Of a stretch of 64,000 nucleotides of DNA, positions 36,760 to 50,665 are shown piece by piece. Source of the stretch: Octopus bimaculoides (taxonomy: Eukaryota); the NCBI RefSeq assembly GCF_001194135.2, contig NC_068984.1:131723798-131787797 (forward strand), written 5' to 3'. The translations under genes and the position numbers were made by a program. Numbering within the stretch: position 1 is the stretch's first letter; every line of letters starts with the position of its first letter. The notes under the pieces are model-generated. The model did no database searches and was not told the origin of the DNA. It saw only the letters and a program-made list of their open reading frames with translations.

Positions 36760-37380
36760 TGGCTTAAAGACACAAGGCAATCTAGTGAAGGAAGTTGTAA
36801 CTGAAAAATACTTCTGTCATGTATAAGTTCAAAGAAGTACTAGATGACGCCTCTGATAGAGGAGAAGATAGTAAACAATGGGTACTGCTGCTAGCCACCA
36901 GCAGATCCGCTGATGGATCAAAGTTTGAACTGGGCAGAGAATGACATGGAGAGGGAATAGTATAGTACTCATAAAGATTAAGAGGCATGCCTGGAGAGAA
37001 TAGAAGAACAGTGAGGAACAATGAATGATATCAGGTAGCTCTAGCTACCCAATATTGTTCATTATTCACCACCTTTCTTCAAGACATTGAGCAAAATGAG
37101 AAGCTGAAGTGATTTGCCAATGTTCTGCACCAAGGTGAAAAGCAGAGAGAGTGTGTCTCACAAGACAGTGTGTCAGCATTTACTTTGAGTGATGCTAGGA
37201 ATAAAGAGATATGGAAATGCTACTACCAGAGATTTCTGAATGAGAAAAAGAATGTTAGAGAGCGAGATCTGTCCCAAGTAGACCCAACAGAAGAGTGAGC
37301 TATTGAGGTGCAGAGCTATACAGATGAAAGAGGAATAGTTGTGTAGATGTTGAGAATATCTGGCAGAATAGGCCACACAT
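36760..37380 (-). mobile_element. Highly decayed CR1/L2-like LINE fragment
   Basis: Purine-rich plus strand. Minus-strand remnants such as FSPWC resemble the linker between endonuclease and RT. No intact motif; a similar tract lies at about 40380-40800. Confidence 0.35.
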
Positions 37381-37551
37381 TAGTTACTCACATAATCTAT
37401 CAGGTGATACAGGAAGTTATCTCAAATGACTGGTATAGTAATATGATTGTCAACTAATATAGAAACAAAGAAAACTTTATAAAAATGAGTAAATATACAA
37501 GGCATCAAATTAATGGGCAAAGGATTAAATGTGCAAAGTGGTCTCCCTCAG

Positions 37552-37893
37552 TGTTGTATTTCCCTCGGGGGACTCGCAGAGATAACACAACGAGTTGTAC
37601 AATTTAATTATTACATTTATTATTCAATTACATACAAAGAACGCACTCACCCAAAGTTCGTTATGAATAAACAAGAATCATGTCCGCCATATCTATCAAT
37701 GACATTTTACTACGACAGTCACACAAGACAACAACAATGAAACAATGAACTCAGACGAACCAAAGTGACACACGGAACGTCAGACGAATTACATATCTAA
37801 CAGTCCATATAACACTCAGTGTTTGGCCCTCAGCCCTTTCTCTTTATAATAATTCTCTAGGCTAATACAGAAAGAGTCCAACGCTGGTTGACA
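37552..37893 (-). mobile_element. Solo LTR
   Basis: TG...CA termini (TGTCAACC...ATACAACA on the minus strand), TATA-like TATTATAAA and AATAAA near the 3' end, CpG-rich. No matching TSD was found. Confidence 0.6.
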
Positions 37894-38579
37894 GTTGAAG
37901 TGTTGCAGAATAGTTCTAAACCTGAAACAGGACTTAGAATTGCAAGAACAAAAGGTTCATCCAGCATCAACAAAAGGTTTAGTTAGCAGAAGAGAGCACA
38001 GAACTCAGCTACTACATGGAAAGCAATCAATCTTGATTTTTAGAAAAGGAGTAGATGTGAATTCTAAAGTGTATACCCACTATAAACTTATGGATCCTCA
38101 AAAGCTTTGTGAGATTTTAGGCAGGTTGTTAGAGAACTTTTATATGTTATAGATGTAGTTAACAGTAAGATCACGTATGAAGTGAAATCTATTATTCACT
38201 GAATTTAAAATATCTACGTACAAGAGTCACAGAACATAAATGAGTTAAGATACTCTGATGCTCAATTTTTTAATGAGTATCAGAGGAAATTAGCTGTAGT
38301 GTGTAAGAGAAAAAATTGCACTGGTACAGATACTTTGTACATGAAGGAGGACAGATGTATGAAGAAATGTGAAGCAACATAAATAGAAGGAACTTGCAGA
38401 AAAGGAAGAGTAAGGGTGAAGTGGTGAATTTTGATCTCTGGATGCTCAATTAATTCTAACAAGTTACAAATTGTTGCTTTTCTAGAGATTAGCCATCTAA
38501 CCCATGCCAGTTTGTAAAAATGATGTTTGTGAAATAGCATGGTCCCTATATATCTTCTATATTGCATATATTTCTACAG

Positions 38580-38639
38580 AGAACAATAGATATTTTTGGT
38601 GTACTATTGTTTATGGTGAAAAGCTCACCTTTCTCACAG
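38580..38639 (+). CDS. Candidate 60-nt coding exon, phase 1 to 1: (E)NNRYFWCTIVYGEKLTFLT; phase 0 is also open
   Basis: Acceptor ttgcatatatttctacag and donor CAG|GTAACA. Confidence 0.45.
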
Positions 38640-39726
38640 GTAACACCATATTAGTGATTATTTCTAAACTCAAAGTACCACATTGTTTCTTGGATCCAAT
38701 AATGAGTACCACCAGATCATATTAGTATATCATTTCCGTTTTTGTTTTCTCGATTATATTCCATAGTGTATAGTGGAGCAGATTTGGAATTAAGATTCCT
38801 TACATTAGTTTTCAATATAAACTTTGTAAGCATTTTCAATAACCAGGCTTGTTTTGTATAATTATAGACAGTTGTCATAAAAGCTTGAATATTGTTTTCT
38901 TCTTCTTTTTAAAGCAACCTTCATCTTATAAAGAAACTCCCTGTTTCCAAATGTGCTTACCAGTTTGTTGCTTTCTGAGTTCACCAACTTCACAGTAGGT
39001 ATTCAGTAGTGTTTCTTTTTCATTTTTGAAAGTATACTTCCAAAGACTACATAAACAGCTGTATATTGAAATCATGGACTAAATTATATACATTCTCTTA
39101 CTATTCAAGTTTTGTGACATTTATTGTTGCTTCATTATGTGTTAGATAAATCTTACAGAGTAAACTTATCTGGTGACTGAAAGATGCAAGCGTGGTTATA
39201 GGCACAGATTTGGCTGTGTGGTTTAGAACTTAACTTCCCAACCACATGGTCTTGTGTTCAGTCTCACAACATGGCACCTTGGGTAAATTTCTTCTACTAT
39301 AGCCTCAGGCTGACCAAAGCCATATGAATAGATTTGGTAGACAAGGACTGAAATAAACCTGTCGTGTGTGTGTTTGCTTGTTTGTGTCACCTTGTTTTGA
39401 CATTGCATTGTTGTTGTAAATGATATCACTATCATACAAGCAGTGTCATTTATTTCCAATATTCTGCAAAAATATGTCTGGCCATGGGGAAATATTGCCT
39501 TGCTTGAAAAGAGATAGGTTTGGTTGCATAAAGGGCTTCTGGCTGTAGAAAATCTGACTTCCATGCAAGCATGGAAAATTTGACATAAAAATGATTATAA
39601 TGATAATGGTTTGTTTTAACTGTGTTGTAGCCATATTCCATTGCTGTCATGGAAGAATTAGGAACATGTAAAATTATGTGTGTGAACCAAACTAAAAAAG
39701 AACTTTAACCTACTTCCTTGTTTCAG

Positions 39727-39778
39727 ATCAACAATTATTCCTAAAGGCTCACAAGCAATTATTAAACAATAATTCCAG
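39727..39778 (+). CDS. Candidate coding exon, phase 1 to 2: (D)QQLFLKAHKQLLNNNS
   Basis: Acceptor cctacttccttgtttcag and donor CAG|GTAGAA; only phase 1 is open. Confidence 0.35.
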
Positions 39779-40076
39779 GTAGAATATCAACTGTAAATCT
39801 AGTAATATAGTTTTTCACAAAAATTTTAACTTATTTTCCTCATATATTAAAGAAAAAATAATTTATATATCTAAATCATGTGTTTATTATTTCTGGGCCG
39901 TGTTTCTATGTTCCATTATTAGCAGTTCCTGCTCTATGGTAAAAAATTTTGTAATGGGTGGATTTTTTCTCACACTGAAATAATTTTGCAATTTTAGCTT
40001 TAAGTTTGTAGCTAAATGTTTGGCATAACTATAGGTATTCATGAATTATTAAACACCTTAGAAATATCTACTAGCT

Positions 40077-40107
<31 letters not shown>

Positions 40108-41901
40108 CATCATCATCATTGTTGTGTGTCTGCTTTCCATGCTGCTATAGGACAAGTCAGAGGAGTGCATTTCACTCTTGTGTTTCATTTTGGGCTTGGT
40201 TTTTATGGCTTGACACCCTCTCTACAGCACAAACTGTACTGGATGCTTTTTCTTCTGTGACACAAGAAGTGTCAACAATACTGAAGTATTCCCACAACCT
40301 TATACTTTACAGAGTGTATGGTGGTTATTTTTCATAGCACCACCACAAGAGAGGTCACCGTTTTCTCAACACAACTAAAGAGACTTCTTATTTCCATGTT
40401 TCAATTCCTTTGCCTGCTTCTTTACAGAGTATTAGACATGAATGATAGTGACATTGGATGAGTGAAAGGAGTCCTTGGTATTCTGAGGCAGGTGTGTTTA
40501 TTCAAGGCACAGTGACTCGGGAGATAAAATGACAGATACCCAAGAAAAAAGGAGCGAGTGTATGATGGCAGATAAAGTGAAATGGCATGATCATTGGTAG
40601 AACAGGAGAAGAGGGTAAGGTTAGTGTATTAGGCACAAGTGATCCAATGTTGTCTCCTTTTACATAGACTTCAAGGTGGGCTGGAAAGGTTATGTGAAGA
40701 GGGTTGTGATTGGAGAATTAGAAAATGGGTGTGTCCTGTATCAATGACTGACAGGAGCATGAGTGAGGGGAAAAACTAACTGAAAGATATCTGGGATAAA
40801 ATACTCTAAGCTAAAAAAGATGGTGTTCACCTCTTGTTGCTGATTATTGCTTTATTCTCATACACTATAAAGTAACCAACTTTAGTCAATAGTTTGCCCC
40901 TCCCAACTATTTTACAATGTTTTGTTGTTTAGTCACAGGTCAGCCTTGATTAAGCAGATCTATGATCAAAAGCATTCCAACAAATGATTATACTGTCTTT
41001 TTGTATAACTTGGAATATACTGTCCCATGTGTCTTTCCTTTTAATGACAGTAAGGTATATTTGAAAGGAGTTAAGTTGCTATTTTTAACAGATCAAGTGA
41101 CTGTATACAAGTTTGCTGTGCCAGTTCAAAACTAAAACTTATTTTGCAAATTAAAACACCTATAGTAGCTTTTAAGATATTTAAGAATAATTTTGTTTTG
41201 TTACTCCTATTCTGTTTAATTTTTTTTTTCTAGAAATAATTCTTGATCTTTTCTATCAATCTGCAGACCTATGCTAGTGCTGTGTAAAAAATCACCCATG
41301 TTGGCGCCACATAAAAAGCTTCCATGCTTGTTCCACATTAAAAACACCAAGCTGCTCTCTGTAAAGTGGTTGGTGATAGGAAGGGCATCCAACCTTAGAA
41401 ACCATGCCAAAGCAGACAATTGAAGCCTGGTGCAGCTCTCTGACTTGCCATGTCAAACTGTCCAAGTCATGCCAGCATGGAAAATGGACATTTAAATGAT
41501 GATGATAATGATGATTTCCATTTCAGTAAATTTCTATCTAATATTGAGTTGAGAATGGCATGTACACTGCTGTTAAAATATTGAAAAACTATTGATCCTT
41601 ATAATTTTTATTGCTCTTCTTTCTGTCATTGAGTTTTTCTCAGTTGATATAAAAGATAATGGCTATAATGTAAATGCATGAAATATTTATTGACTAAATG
41701 GAGAACCTCAACCAGATTCCACATAGGCAAAGAACATGCAAATTTTTCTAGAACAAATGGGGTGGGTGGAATACCCATATTGTCGGCAGAGAGAAATGTA
41801 TAGATGAAGTAACTGAGACAGTCAGAAGATGTAAAAGGCTAATTAAGCTTTCACTAGTTTAAAGGCAATACAACAGTAATAATGATTTATGTGGTTGAAG
41901 T

Positions 41902-41966
<65 letters not shown>

Positions 41967-42239
41967 TATATATATATACACCCCAATCAGGACTGACAGT
42001 TTAAGCAAAATGACTTTTTCTCTGAGGCCCATTTGCAAACTACCTCAATTGTAAATGACAGTGATCTCATCACAGCTGATGATGATAATGATCTCATCAC
42101 AACACCATGCTCACACTAGCCTCCCTGCATAGTCAACCAAGTTGTACAGGGATATGAATGATATAGCATCATCATCAACTACTATAAAGGTATCGAGATT
42201 AACCAAGTTTCAAAAGTAACAGAATTATAGCACAATTAT

Positions 42240-43550
42240 TGATGTGATGCAGTTTGGGTTTGTGCACTGAGAGTTTACCACTAATGCTCTCTTACTAATG
42301 AGGCAACTAAAGTGGAAGTTCTTAACTAAGAATAAGCTACTATCTAGCATTTGTTGATCTAAGGAAAGCCCTTGATAGGGTTCCACTCTGTCCTGTCTAA
42401 TGGTCACTAAAACTACAAAAAAAAAAAAAAGCTAGGTGTAGATGAATGACCCTTAAGATCCACACAAACCATGTTCAGAGATGTTTTCAACAAAGTGTGA
42501 GTTGGCAATGAGTTCCTGGTGTCCATTAGGGTGTCCATTAGTTCCTAGTGTCCATTAGGGTGTAATTCTCAGTTCACTTTTGTTTATTATATTATAGTTC
42601 TTCAGGTTATAAAGAGAAGACTTGGCTGTCCATAGGAACTTCTGTAAGCTGTTGACATAGTTCTCATAGCTGAATCTGTTGAAGAAATTTCAGTGGTGGA
42701 AACAAGGCCTAGAAGTGGGAGGTTTGAAAGTAAATGTAGTAAAGACGAAAGTTTTAATTAGCAAGAAGACAAGTCTCTATGCTACACTCTATATTATACA
42801 ATAAAGGAGAAAATAGGAACTCCATATGGAAAAAAGTAAAAAGCTAAGGAATTATGCTGAATTTAACTGTAAAGTTTGACTTTATAACAGTTAAGTATTG
42901 TATTTAATGGGATATATAAGATGCAGTTCTTTCCAAAAACATGTCTCAAAAATCACCCCAGATCTTATTATGTAAAGTTGGGTCAATATTACATGCTTTA
43001 AATGTACTAAAATTTGAGCTTCTGGCATGAATGCCAAGCAGTACAGTATATTGTTTCCAAATTTCTGGCAGAGTTAATTGTGTCATAGTGCTGTTTTTCT
43101 CACAGATGGTACCCAACTGACCCTACTATACTGTGTACAATGAACAATATGCATGTGTGAAATTAGAAATATAAAACTGTGACAATTTACCCATTGCACC
43201 CTCTGTGTATGTGTGTGTGTGTAGGTCTCCTCTAACAAAAAGGTAACTATGATCTGCAAATATTAATTCATCACCATTATTATCATCATTTTAATGTCTA
43301 CTTTTCCATGCTTAGTATAAACTGTAGCTGTTTTGCACTGGGGAATCCATAGGTATGCTGACAGAGAAGGAAAGCTTCAGATGTACAGCAGTAATTAGCA
43401 ATAAGAGCACCTGAGAAATAAACTCTTTAAAATGCTCAGAAGGCTCCATAGTGACTGTCAGTAGGTTCTCTTATCTACGTGACCTAATTAACTGTGGAGG
43501 TGGTGTTCCAAAAACATAGTAGCCAGAATATGAACAGGGTGGAAAAGTGC
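42240..43550 (+). mobile_element. Fragmented RTE LINE reverse transcriptase
   Basis: MQFGFV...LMRQL...AFVDL.KA.DRVP (about 42245-42390), WKQGLE..GLKVNVVKTKVL (about 42700-42760) and remnants resembling FSYLGDLI..GG...IVARI (about 43450-43530). Confidence 0.7.
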
Positions 43551-44302
43551 ATGACTTCATGTTAGTGGACTATTGAAGCTTGTCTCAGAGATATGAAATC
43601 TTATCTTTATACCTCTTCACATCGTTAGAGAGGTGTTGTACTGATAGAACTGTTGTATGTAAGCCAGATCCGGACAGTTTGCTTGTGTCATTGAGTTACT
43701 TGATCTACTGGAAATAACTACCAAATTCCTTCAGATCATGCCTTACCATCTTGCAAAAAAAAAAAAAAGGAAGAACACATTGGCAAAAAGGTAGGATGGT
43801 GTTGGCCGCAATATCTTCAATCAAAGATTTGCTTAATTTGGGCTGATCTGTGGCAAATAACAACCACCACTGAATCTCCATATAAACTGTCTCGGGAAAC
43901 TTTTCAGGAAAGCAGCAAAATAGTCCTGAATACAGACCTTCCTGTGCTTCTAGCCATTACCCTCTACTGCAGAAAACTTCAAATGATAGGAACATCATCA
44001 AAGGTTCTATCTCTTTCTGCAAGGCAAAACTGCAAAATATCAAATGCCTTGAAATGCTTTTTTTTTTTCTATTTCCCCAACAAACTATATGCATCCAACA
44101 GGTAATAGTATCTTCTACAGCCATATCAAATTAATCTGCCACAATCAGACACACTGCATTTAGTCTGTGGTGATGGATGAGACTAAAGATTTTTTTCAGT
44201 AAAGGTAGGGATTATCAATCATGCACATTATTGTTTTATAAATAATAATCTAAAATCCAAACAATAAAAGGAGGTATGTTACATGAAAGCTACATTCTAT
44301 AG

Positions 44303-44406
44303 ATGATGAATTGCTAGAGTATGCTGCAATAGATGAAACAAGAATAGAGAGGGTGCTTCCAACACAAGATAATAGATATAAGACAGTGAAGAAGCTCCAG
44401 TACTGG
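44303..44406 (+). CDS. Coding exon, phase 1 to 0: (D)DELLEYAAIDETRIERVLPTQDNRYKTVKKLQYW
   Basis: Acceptor tacattctatag and donor TGG|GTAATT. Open for 34 codons with globular-protein composition; phase-compatible with 46755. Confidence 0.7.
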
Positions 44407-46754
44407 GTAATTAGTTTCCAATACAATCCTGAGAAAAGCTTAGTTACTTCAATGTTTGCATGCCACACTTTATCAAATATATCAATATGTGTATTGTAAT
44501 GGTTTTCTCAATTTAGCATGTTATCATCATCATCATCATTTTAAGTTCGTTTTGCATTATGGCATGGATTTAAGGACTGCATTGTGCTCCAATGTCTGCT
44601 TTGGCATGGTTTCTACAGCTGGGTGCCCTTTTTAACACCTATTACTTTACAGCAGGTACTGGATATTTTGTTTTTTCGTGTCACCAGTACTAGTAAGGTT
44701 GCCATGCAGCTTGCAAGACTCTGAAATTCTGAAGGGTGTTTGCTTAATACTAGAAAATGAAGGGTTGAAGTATAATAAAAGGGGCTAGAGCAGAACAAGT
44801 TTCTTGTTGTTAAGGAGCCACAAGACTACCTATATTTTAAAAGAGAAGGTGGGAGTGATCAGGTGGAGCTAGAAAGTTATAAAAATAATGGTAATGAAAT
44901 GTCTGGGTGGGCCCTCAAGGTATGAGGTGAGTAAAAGTGGGTGGGAATGAGGAACCTTGCATGTGTGGTAGTTGCAAGAGTGTATAGGGAAGTGAGAGAT
45001 GGGAATGTGTGAGGAGAGAGGGTATTCTAAAGGCACTAAATAATTGGTGATGTATGACATCATCAGTTCAATCTGAGTTATGCCATCATGTAATATCTAT
45101 GAAGTGAGTAAAGTTCCATTTATTAACCCTGTTGCTTGTGGCTTCATAAAAGAAATTCCAATCTGCACCCATTCTCAACATATCTAAATGTATAGGTGTG
45201 GATGACTGTTGTAGTATAAATACAAAGGTGCAGACATTAGTTGTGTAATGAAGAAGCTTGCTTTTCATCTATGTGGTCTTGGGTTCGATCCTACTGTGTG
45301 ACACCTTGAGCAGGTCTCTTCTATTATAGCCTCAGGCCAACCAAAACCTTGTGAGTGGATTTGGTAGATAGAAACTGAAAGAAGCCCATTGTATATGTGT
45401 TAGTGAGTAGCCTTATGATGACATCATGCAATAGGTGTAAATGAACTTCCATCATCCATGTGATGTTTGTTTTCAGTTTTCCATGAAAAACATATCTGGT
45501 TATGAGGAAATATTACCTTGCTTGGAAACAGGTGAAGGCTGGTGACAAGAAGGGCATCCAGCTATAGTAAATAGGCCTCAACAAATTCCATTTGACTCCT
45601 GCATGCATGTTAATGTGGATGTTAAGTGATGTTTTCAATGATGATTGTTCATTCATGAAAACTTTGTTTTACCTCCTCTGTGTTTCATTTGATATTTGGT
45701 AAAAGAAAAATACATTTAAGTTTGTAAGTTGAACCATTAAAAACTTCAAAATAAGTGATTCTCTTAGTGTAAATATTATACATCTATGATGAAATTTAAA
45801 CTTGTTTTTCTAGATAGTCTATTTTGTGAGATAACCAGCTTGTTAATGTGTGAGATTCAATTGTAAAGAAAATTGATTTAATTAATGTGTTACTTATTTC
45901 AGTTAACAGTTCAAGTCATAGCTTTGTTGCTCTTTTAAAGAAAACTCTTGATTGATTTTCCAAGATAGTCTGTAAAGCTTTAAAGAAGAAAAATGTATTC
46001 GGAGAAAGAATAAGTTTCAAGAAACGGATCTAGTAATGATGATTTGGCACTGAATACAGGATTTGATTACTTTTAACCTCGGTTTATAATAATTCAAAAA
46101 TATATTGTATAATCTAAACTATATAATGCATTATTTTGAAATTCTCTTTTATACTTACTGTCTCCTTTTATGAAAAATGATTTCAAATATATTGAAGGGG
46201 ATTTTTACCTTTTGATACCACCATACTTGAGACCACACTTGGTCCTGAAAAATTCTTAATGTTTTAAAGTGATCTAAATTAAAACTTTCCAACAAAATTT
46301 CATATTAAAATTGTATTCTAAACACCATCATAATAATGACAAAATTCATCATCATCATCATCATTTAACATCCATTGTCCATGCTGGCATGGGTTGGACA
46401 GCTTGACCAGGGCTGGCAAGCTGGAAGGCTGCACCAGACTCCAGTCTGATTTGGCAGTTTTACTCAGTTCTTCATTATTTTCAAAATTAATTGAAACAAA
46501 GGTGGTGTATGTCAATAAGGGTTTAAGGTAGAGTAAACAAAATGAATTTCATAAGATTTTTGTCAAGAGATTAATATCTTGTCTTGATTTTAATTTGAAT
46601 AAAATTTGATATTTGTAAATTCCTATTTAAAGAAATAGAGACTGTCAATATATCAACAATGAAATTTTTTGGAGGTATAAGATTATTTTTTCTCTTTCAG
46701 AGTTTTCAACAATATGATTAAGATTAAATTTTCTTTTTTTTTTTTTTTTTCTAG

Positions 46755-46806
46755 TGCAAGAAAAATTATGAAGAATATGTGTTTTTCATGTTGAGTCAAC
46801 ATTATA
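46755..46806 (+). CDS. Coding exon, phase 0 to 1: CKKNYEEYVFFMLSQHY
   Basis: Poly-T tract with ctag acceptor and a consensus ATA|GTAAGT donor; only phase 0 is open. Confidence 0.65.
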
Positions 46807-47814
46807 GTAAGTTACTTTGATAGTTTCAAGCACATTCTAAGTATTTTTGTCCCCAAACCACAATTAGACCTTAATGACAGATATTTTACTTTTTCTCTCT
46901 AACAAATTATCCAAACCATTCACTTAAGATGAACACAGGGTAATTTTTAAAAGAATATAGTGATGGTGAGGTTAAAAAGTTATAAATCTTTACTAACATG
47001 ATCTGGATAAGAATACAACATCGCCTTGATTCAGCAACACGAAGAGCCATTCTTTCATATTTGATATAACTACTACTCTTCAAGAGATCTTTGGTCTGCT
47101 ACTATTTAAATCTTCCATCCAGCATGTATCATCCATTCCCTTCTATTCATTTATGCCAGCATCCCCATTTCCTACTAGTGTTTTTCATGACCAGGTACTC
47201 TCCTACTTCAGTTTTTCTCAGAAGTAAATATTACACCTACATCTTTCTATATTCACTGACCAGGCTTTGCTGTAATATAATAATTTACTTTTTCGAATTA
47301 CATTTTGTGTATGCCTTTTCTTTCTGGAATTAATTATTTGTTTTAAAACCTCAAAATTACACAAACAGTAACAGAAAACAAACTGATATATATACAGTCA
47401 TTTTGCTTTTTTTTTTATTTTTGGTGGTAGGGTCTTCTATTTCCCTTACTTTCACTTTCAATTTATTACAAAACTATATTGAGTCAGACAGTACTCAGTT
47501 CCAGTTTATACTCCTAACCCTTTCTACATCACTTTTCTTTGGATGTCTTTGTTCATTGGTTTCTACAGTATTTCCATGGTCCTCCATTCATCAATACATA
47601 TTTAAATATGAATATATATTTTTTTCATTTTCGACTATGTAAAGACACGCATCCTTTTCCAGGACTATCTCTTCCTTCCTCCTTTTCCTCCTCACCGGAC
47701 TTTTTTTTCTCTTTGAGCCATGCTGAAAACATTTCTATTTTTCTATTTGAAACTTTCATTGAGTGTGAACCTAATATATTCACTCTGTTCAATTGACTTT
47801 TTTCTCCTGTTTTT

Positions 47815-47876
<62 letters not shown>

Positions 47877-47933
47877 NNNNNNNNNNNNNNNNNNNNNNNN
47901 NNNNNNNNNNNNNNNNNNNNNNNNNNNNNNNNN

Positions 47934-47995
<62 letters not shown>

Positions 47996-48032
47996 ATATA
48001 TATACATACATACATACATACACCCACACATA

Positions 48033-48244
48033 CATGAGGGGTGCTGAAAAGTTCCTTACTTTGAGTAAAAGAAAATACAGGAGGATCAGTTAATTATCAT
48101 TTTATTCTACATATCTCCCTCTCAGATTCACACAGCTATTGTGGAAATCTTTCAGGTTTTCTAAGCCCTGTAAAAGAACTCAAAAGGTTGGGCCTCCAAC
48201 GAGACCTTTCGCGATACCCTTAACTTTTCAGTCCCCACCCCATG
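48033..48244. mobile_element. mariner-derived MITE
   Basis: Left end ATGAGGGGTGCTGAAAAGTT and right end AACTTTTCAGTCCCCACCCAT, inserted in a TA-rich microsatellite. Confidence 0.6.
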
Positions 48245-48257
48245 TGTGTGTGTGCAT

Positions 48258-48306
<49 letters not shown>

Positions 48307-50350
48307 GAGAGAGATTTTCTCACCTATCTTGGAATGATAATTACCTATTAAGTTTTTTTTTTTTTATTTCTTTTTACACCATATACAAATATTACGGAGT
48401 CTGTTATATTGCTTGTAATGAACTTAATCATTACCTATTTCTCATCCTGACTGCATTGATTGTTTATTTCCCATTTCCCTTCAAATAGTTCACCAGTTTT
48501 GCAATTATTACTTACCTAAAATAACTTACAAACCTGCTTCTTCCCATGACTGGACCGAGCTAAGAACCTCTCAATCTCATTTCCTGTACACAACATATGT
48601 GAAGATACCTATGTTTCAACATCCTTCCAACTTTTCAAGCTCTACTTGTCATCATATACATATTATCTATTGACTACACAAAAAAAGGATGGTAATATTG
48701 CTTATGCTTAATAGGAGAACTAACATTACTCAAACTTGATACCACCCTTACTATGCACAGTAGCAGCACATTATCTGCTAATCCATATATGTTTCCTCTT
48801 TAGTATATTGATTTTGGCAGTGATTTTTGTTGGCTGAATATTCTTTCAACAACTACTGAACTTGTATTTTGTTACCTTACCACCATTTTAATCTCGTACC
48901 TCTTTCATTTACCTGAGAAAGTCTAATCTCCTTGATAGGTTGCCTTTATAGTGAGTGGCTTGAGGACTCCTAGCCTTTCTTAAAAGTTGGAGTAAAAAAG
49001 AAATGTAAAGGAAAAAGATGGAGTAAAAGAGGAAATAATAGATTGCAGAATGAAGAACTGAGAGTGGGGAAAAGAAGAGAATAGAAGGTAGCTAATAAGA
49101 AGAATGAGAACAAATAAGAAAAGTGGAGTAGAAAACTTGTCATCATATAGACAGATGACATATTGTGATGTATGTGTTGTTAGTGTGGTTGAGGTTGGTC
49201 ATATTTTTCACACCCTTCAGATTCTACCATATCTAAAAGGCAGCACAAAAGTTTAGCGACATTTTTTATCTTTTGTCTTTTACTTGTTTCAGTCATTAGA
49301 CTGTGGCCATGCTGGGGCACTGCTCTGAAGAGTTTTAGTCAATAGAATCGACCCCACTATTTCTTTTTTTAAGCCTGGCACTCATCCTTTTGGTTTCTTT
49401 TGCTGAACTGCTAAGTTGCAGGGGACGTAAACACACCAACACCAGTTGTCAAGTTTGGTAGGGGACAAACACACACAGACTCTCACTTACATGACTGATT
49501 TCATTCAGTTTCTATCTACCAAATCTCTTCATAAGGCTTTGGTCAACCTGAGGCTATAGTAGAAAACACATGCCCACAGAGGGACTGAACCCTAAACTAT
49601 TTTGCTGGGAAGCAAATTTCATACCACACAGCCACTCCTGTGCCTATATCTCCATATTTAAAAAAATAGATCTGATTATAGAATAACAAGGGTTTACAAA
49701 TTGTATTCTTTATCTTATACTGGTTTCAGTCTTTGGACGGAGGCCATGTTGGGACAACGCCTTAAAGTTAAACAAATCAATTATTTTGTTTAACAAATCA
49801 CTTACCAATATTTACCTGTACCTTTTTTTAAACCTGGTATTTATTTTGTTGGTCTCTTTTACTGAACTACTGAAATAAGCAAAAAATAAAAGATATTTAA
49901 GAACTATGTGTTTCACATTAAAAAAGATTCTAATTTTGTTTTCTTCAAAATCCTTCTTTCAAAACACTCACCTGAGTACAAAGGCCACCTATTTTAAATA
50001 ACTAAATGATGGCTTGTAAAAATGGCAATTATTATTCAAAGAAAAAAAGAGGAAAACAAAATCCAATGTTGAGAGATGTGACCTCTCATTGTGGAAAAGT
50101 AATGGCTGAACCTGGAGTGGTTTCTTGAGCTTTGAGTTATGCACCCTATGAAGTAACTTTATTCCAGATCAGCTGTTTGTATTTGTGATCATACTTTTTC
50201 AGTCACTATTCAAGATTCATGCTTATAGGTATGGGTAGGTTCAAAAATTAAATTGATGTTAGAGAGTTTGGCTTTTTCACATCCTTTCCTTCTGATAACT
50301 GAATGTTGAAACTGGCATATTGCATCTGCTGCAGCAATTCTTGCATCCAG

Positions 50351-50430
50351 TTCTTCCTCCTATCATTTGTGAAAATGACCATAAGAAAATGGAACTTCTC
50401 TACCTACTTAACACACATGACATTTATGAG
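50351..50430 (+). CDS. Candidate coding exon, phase 1 to 0: (I)LPPIICENDHKKMELLYLLNTHDIYE
   Basis: Acceptor caattcttgcatccag and donor GAG|GTTTCT (weak, next to a SINE). Phase-compatible with 46806. Confidence 0.5.
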
Positions 50431-50436
50431 GTTTCT

Positions 50437-50665
50437 CGAGCGAAATGAGCGTGGCCATTGCCAGTACCGCCTGACTGGCCTTCGTGTGGGTGACACATAA
50501 AAGCACCCACTACACTCTCTGAGTGGTTGGTGTTAGGAAGGGCATCCAGCTGTAGAAACTCTGCCAAATCAGATTGGAGCCTGGTGTAGCCATCTGGTTT
50601 CACCAGTCCTCAGTCAAATCGTCCAACCCATGCTAGCATGGAAAGCAGACGTTAAACGACGACAA
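50437..50665 (+). mobile_element. Young SINE-like repeat, same family as 4728-4954
   Basis: About 10 differences in about 215 nt from the 4728 copy, mostly CpG transitions. Confidence 0.8.

Noticed and set aside
47085-47194. 110-nt open exon candidate in phase with 46806
   Set aside because: Lies in a CT-rich tract where several frames are open, so an open frame is uninformative.
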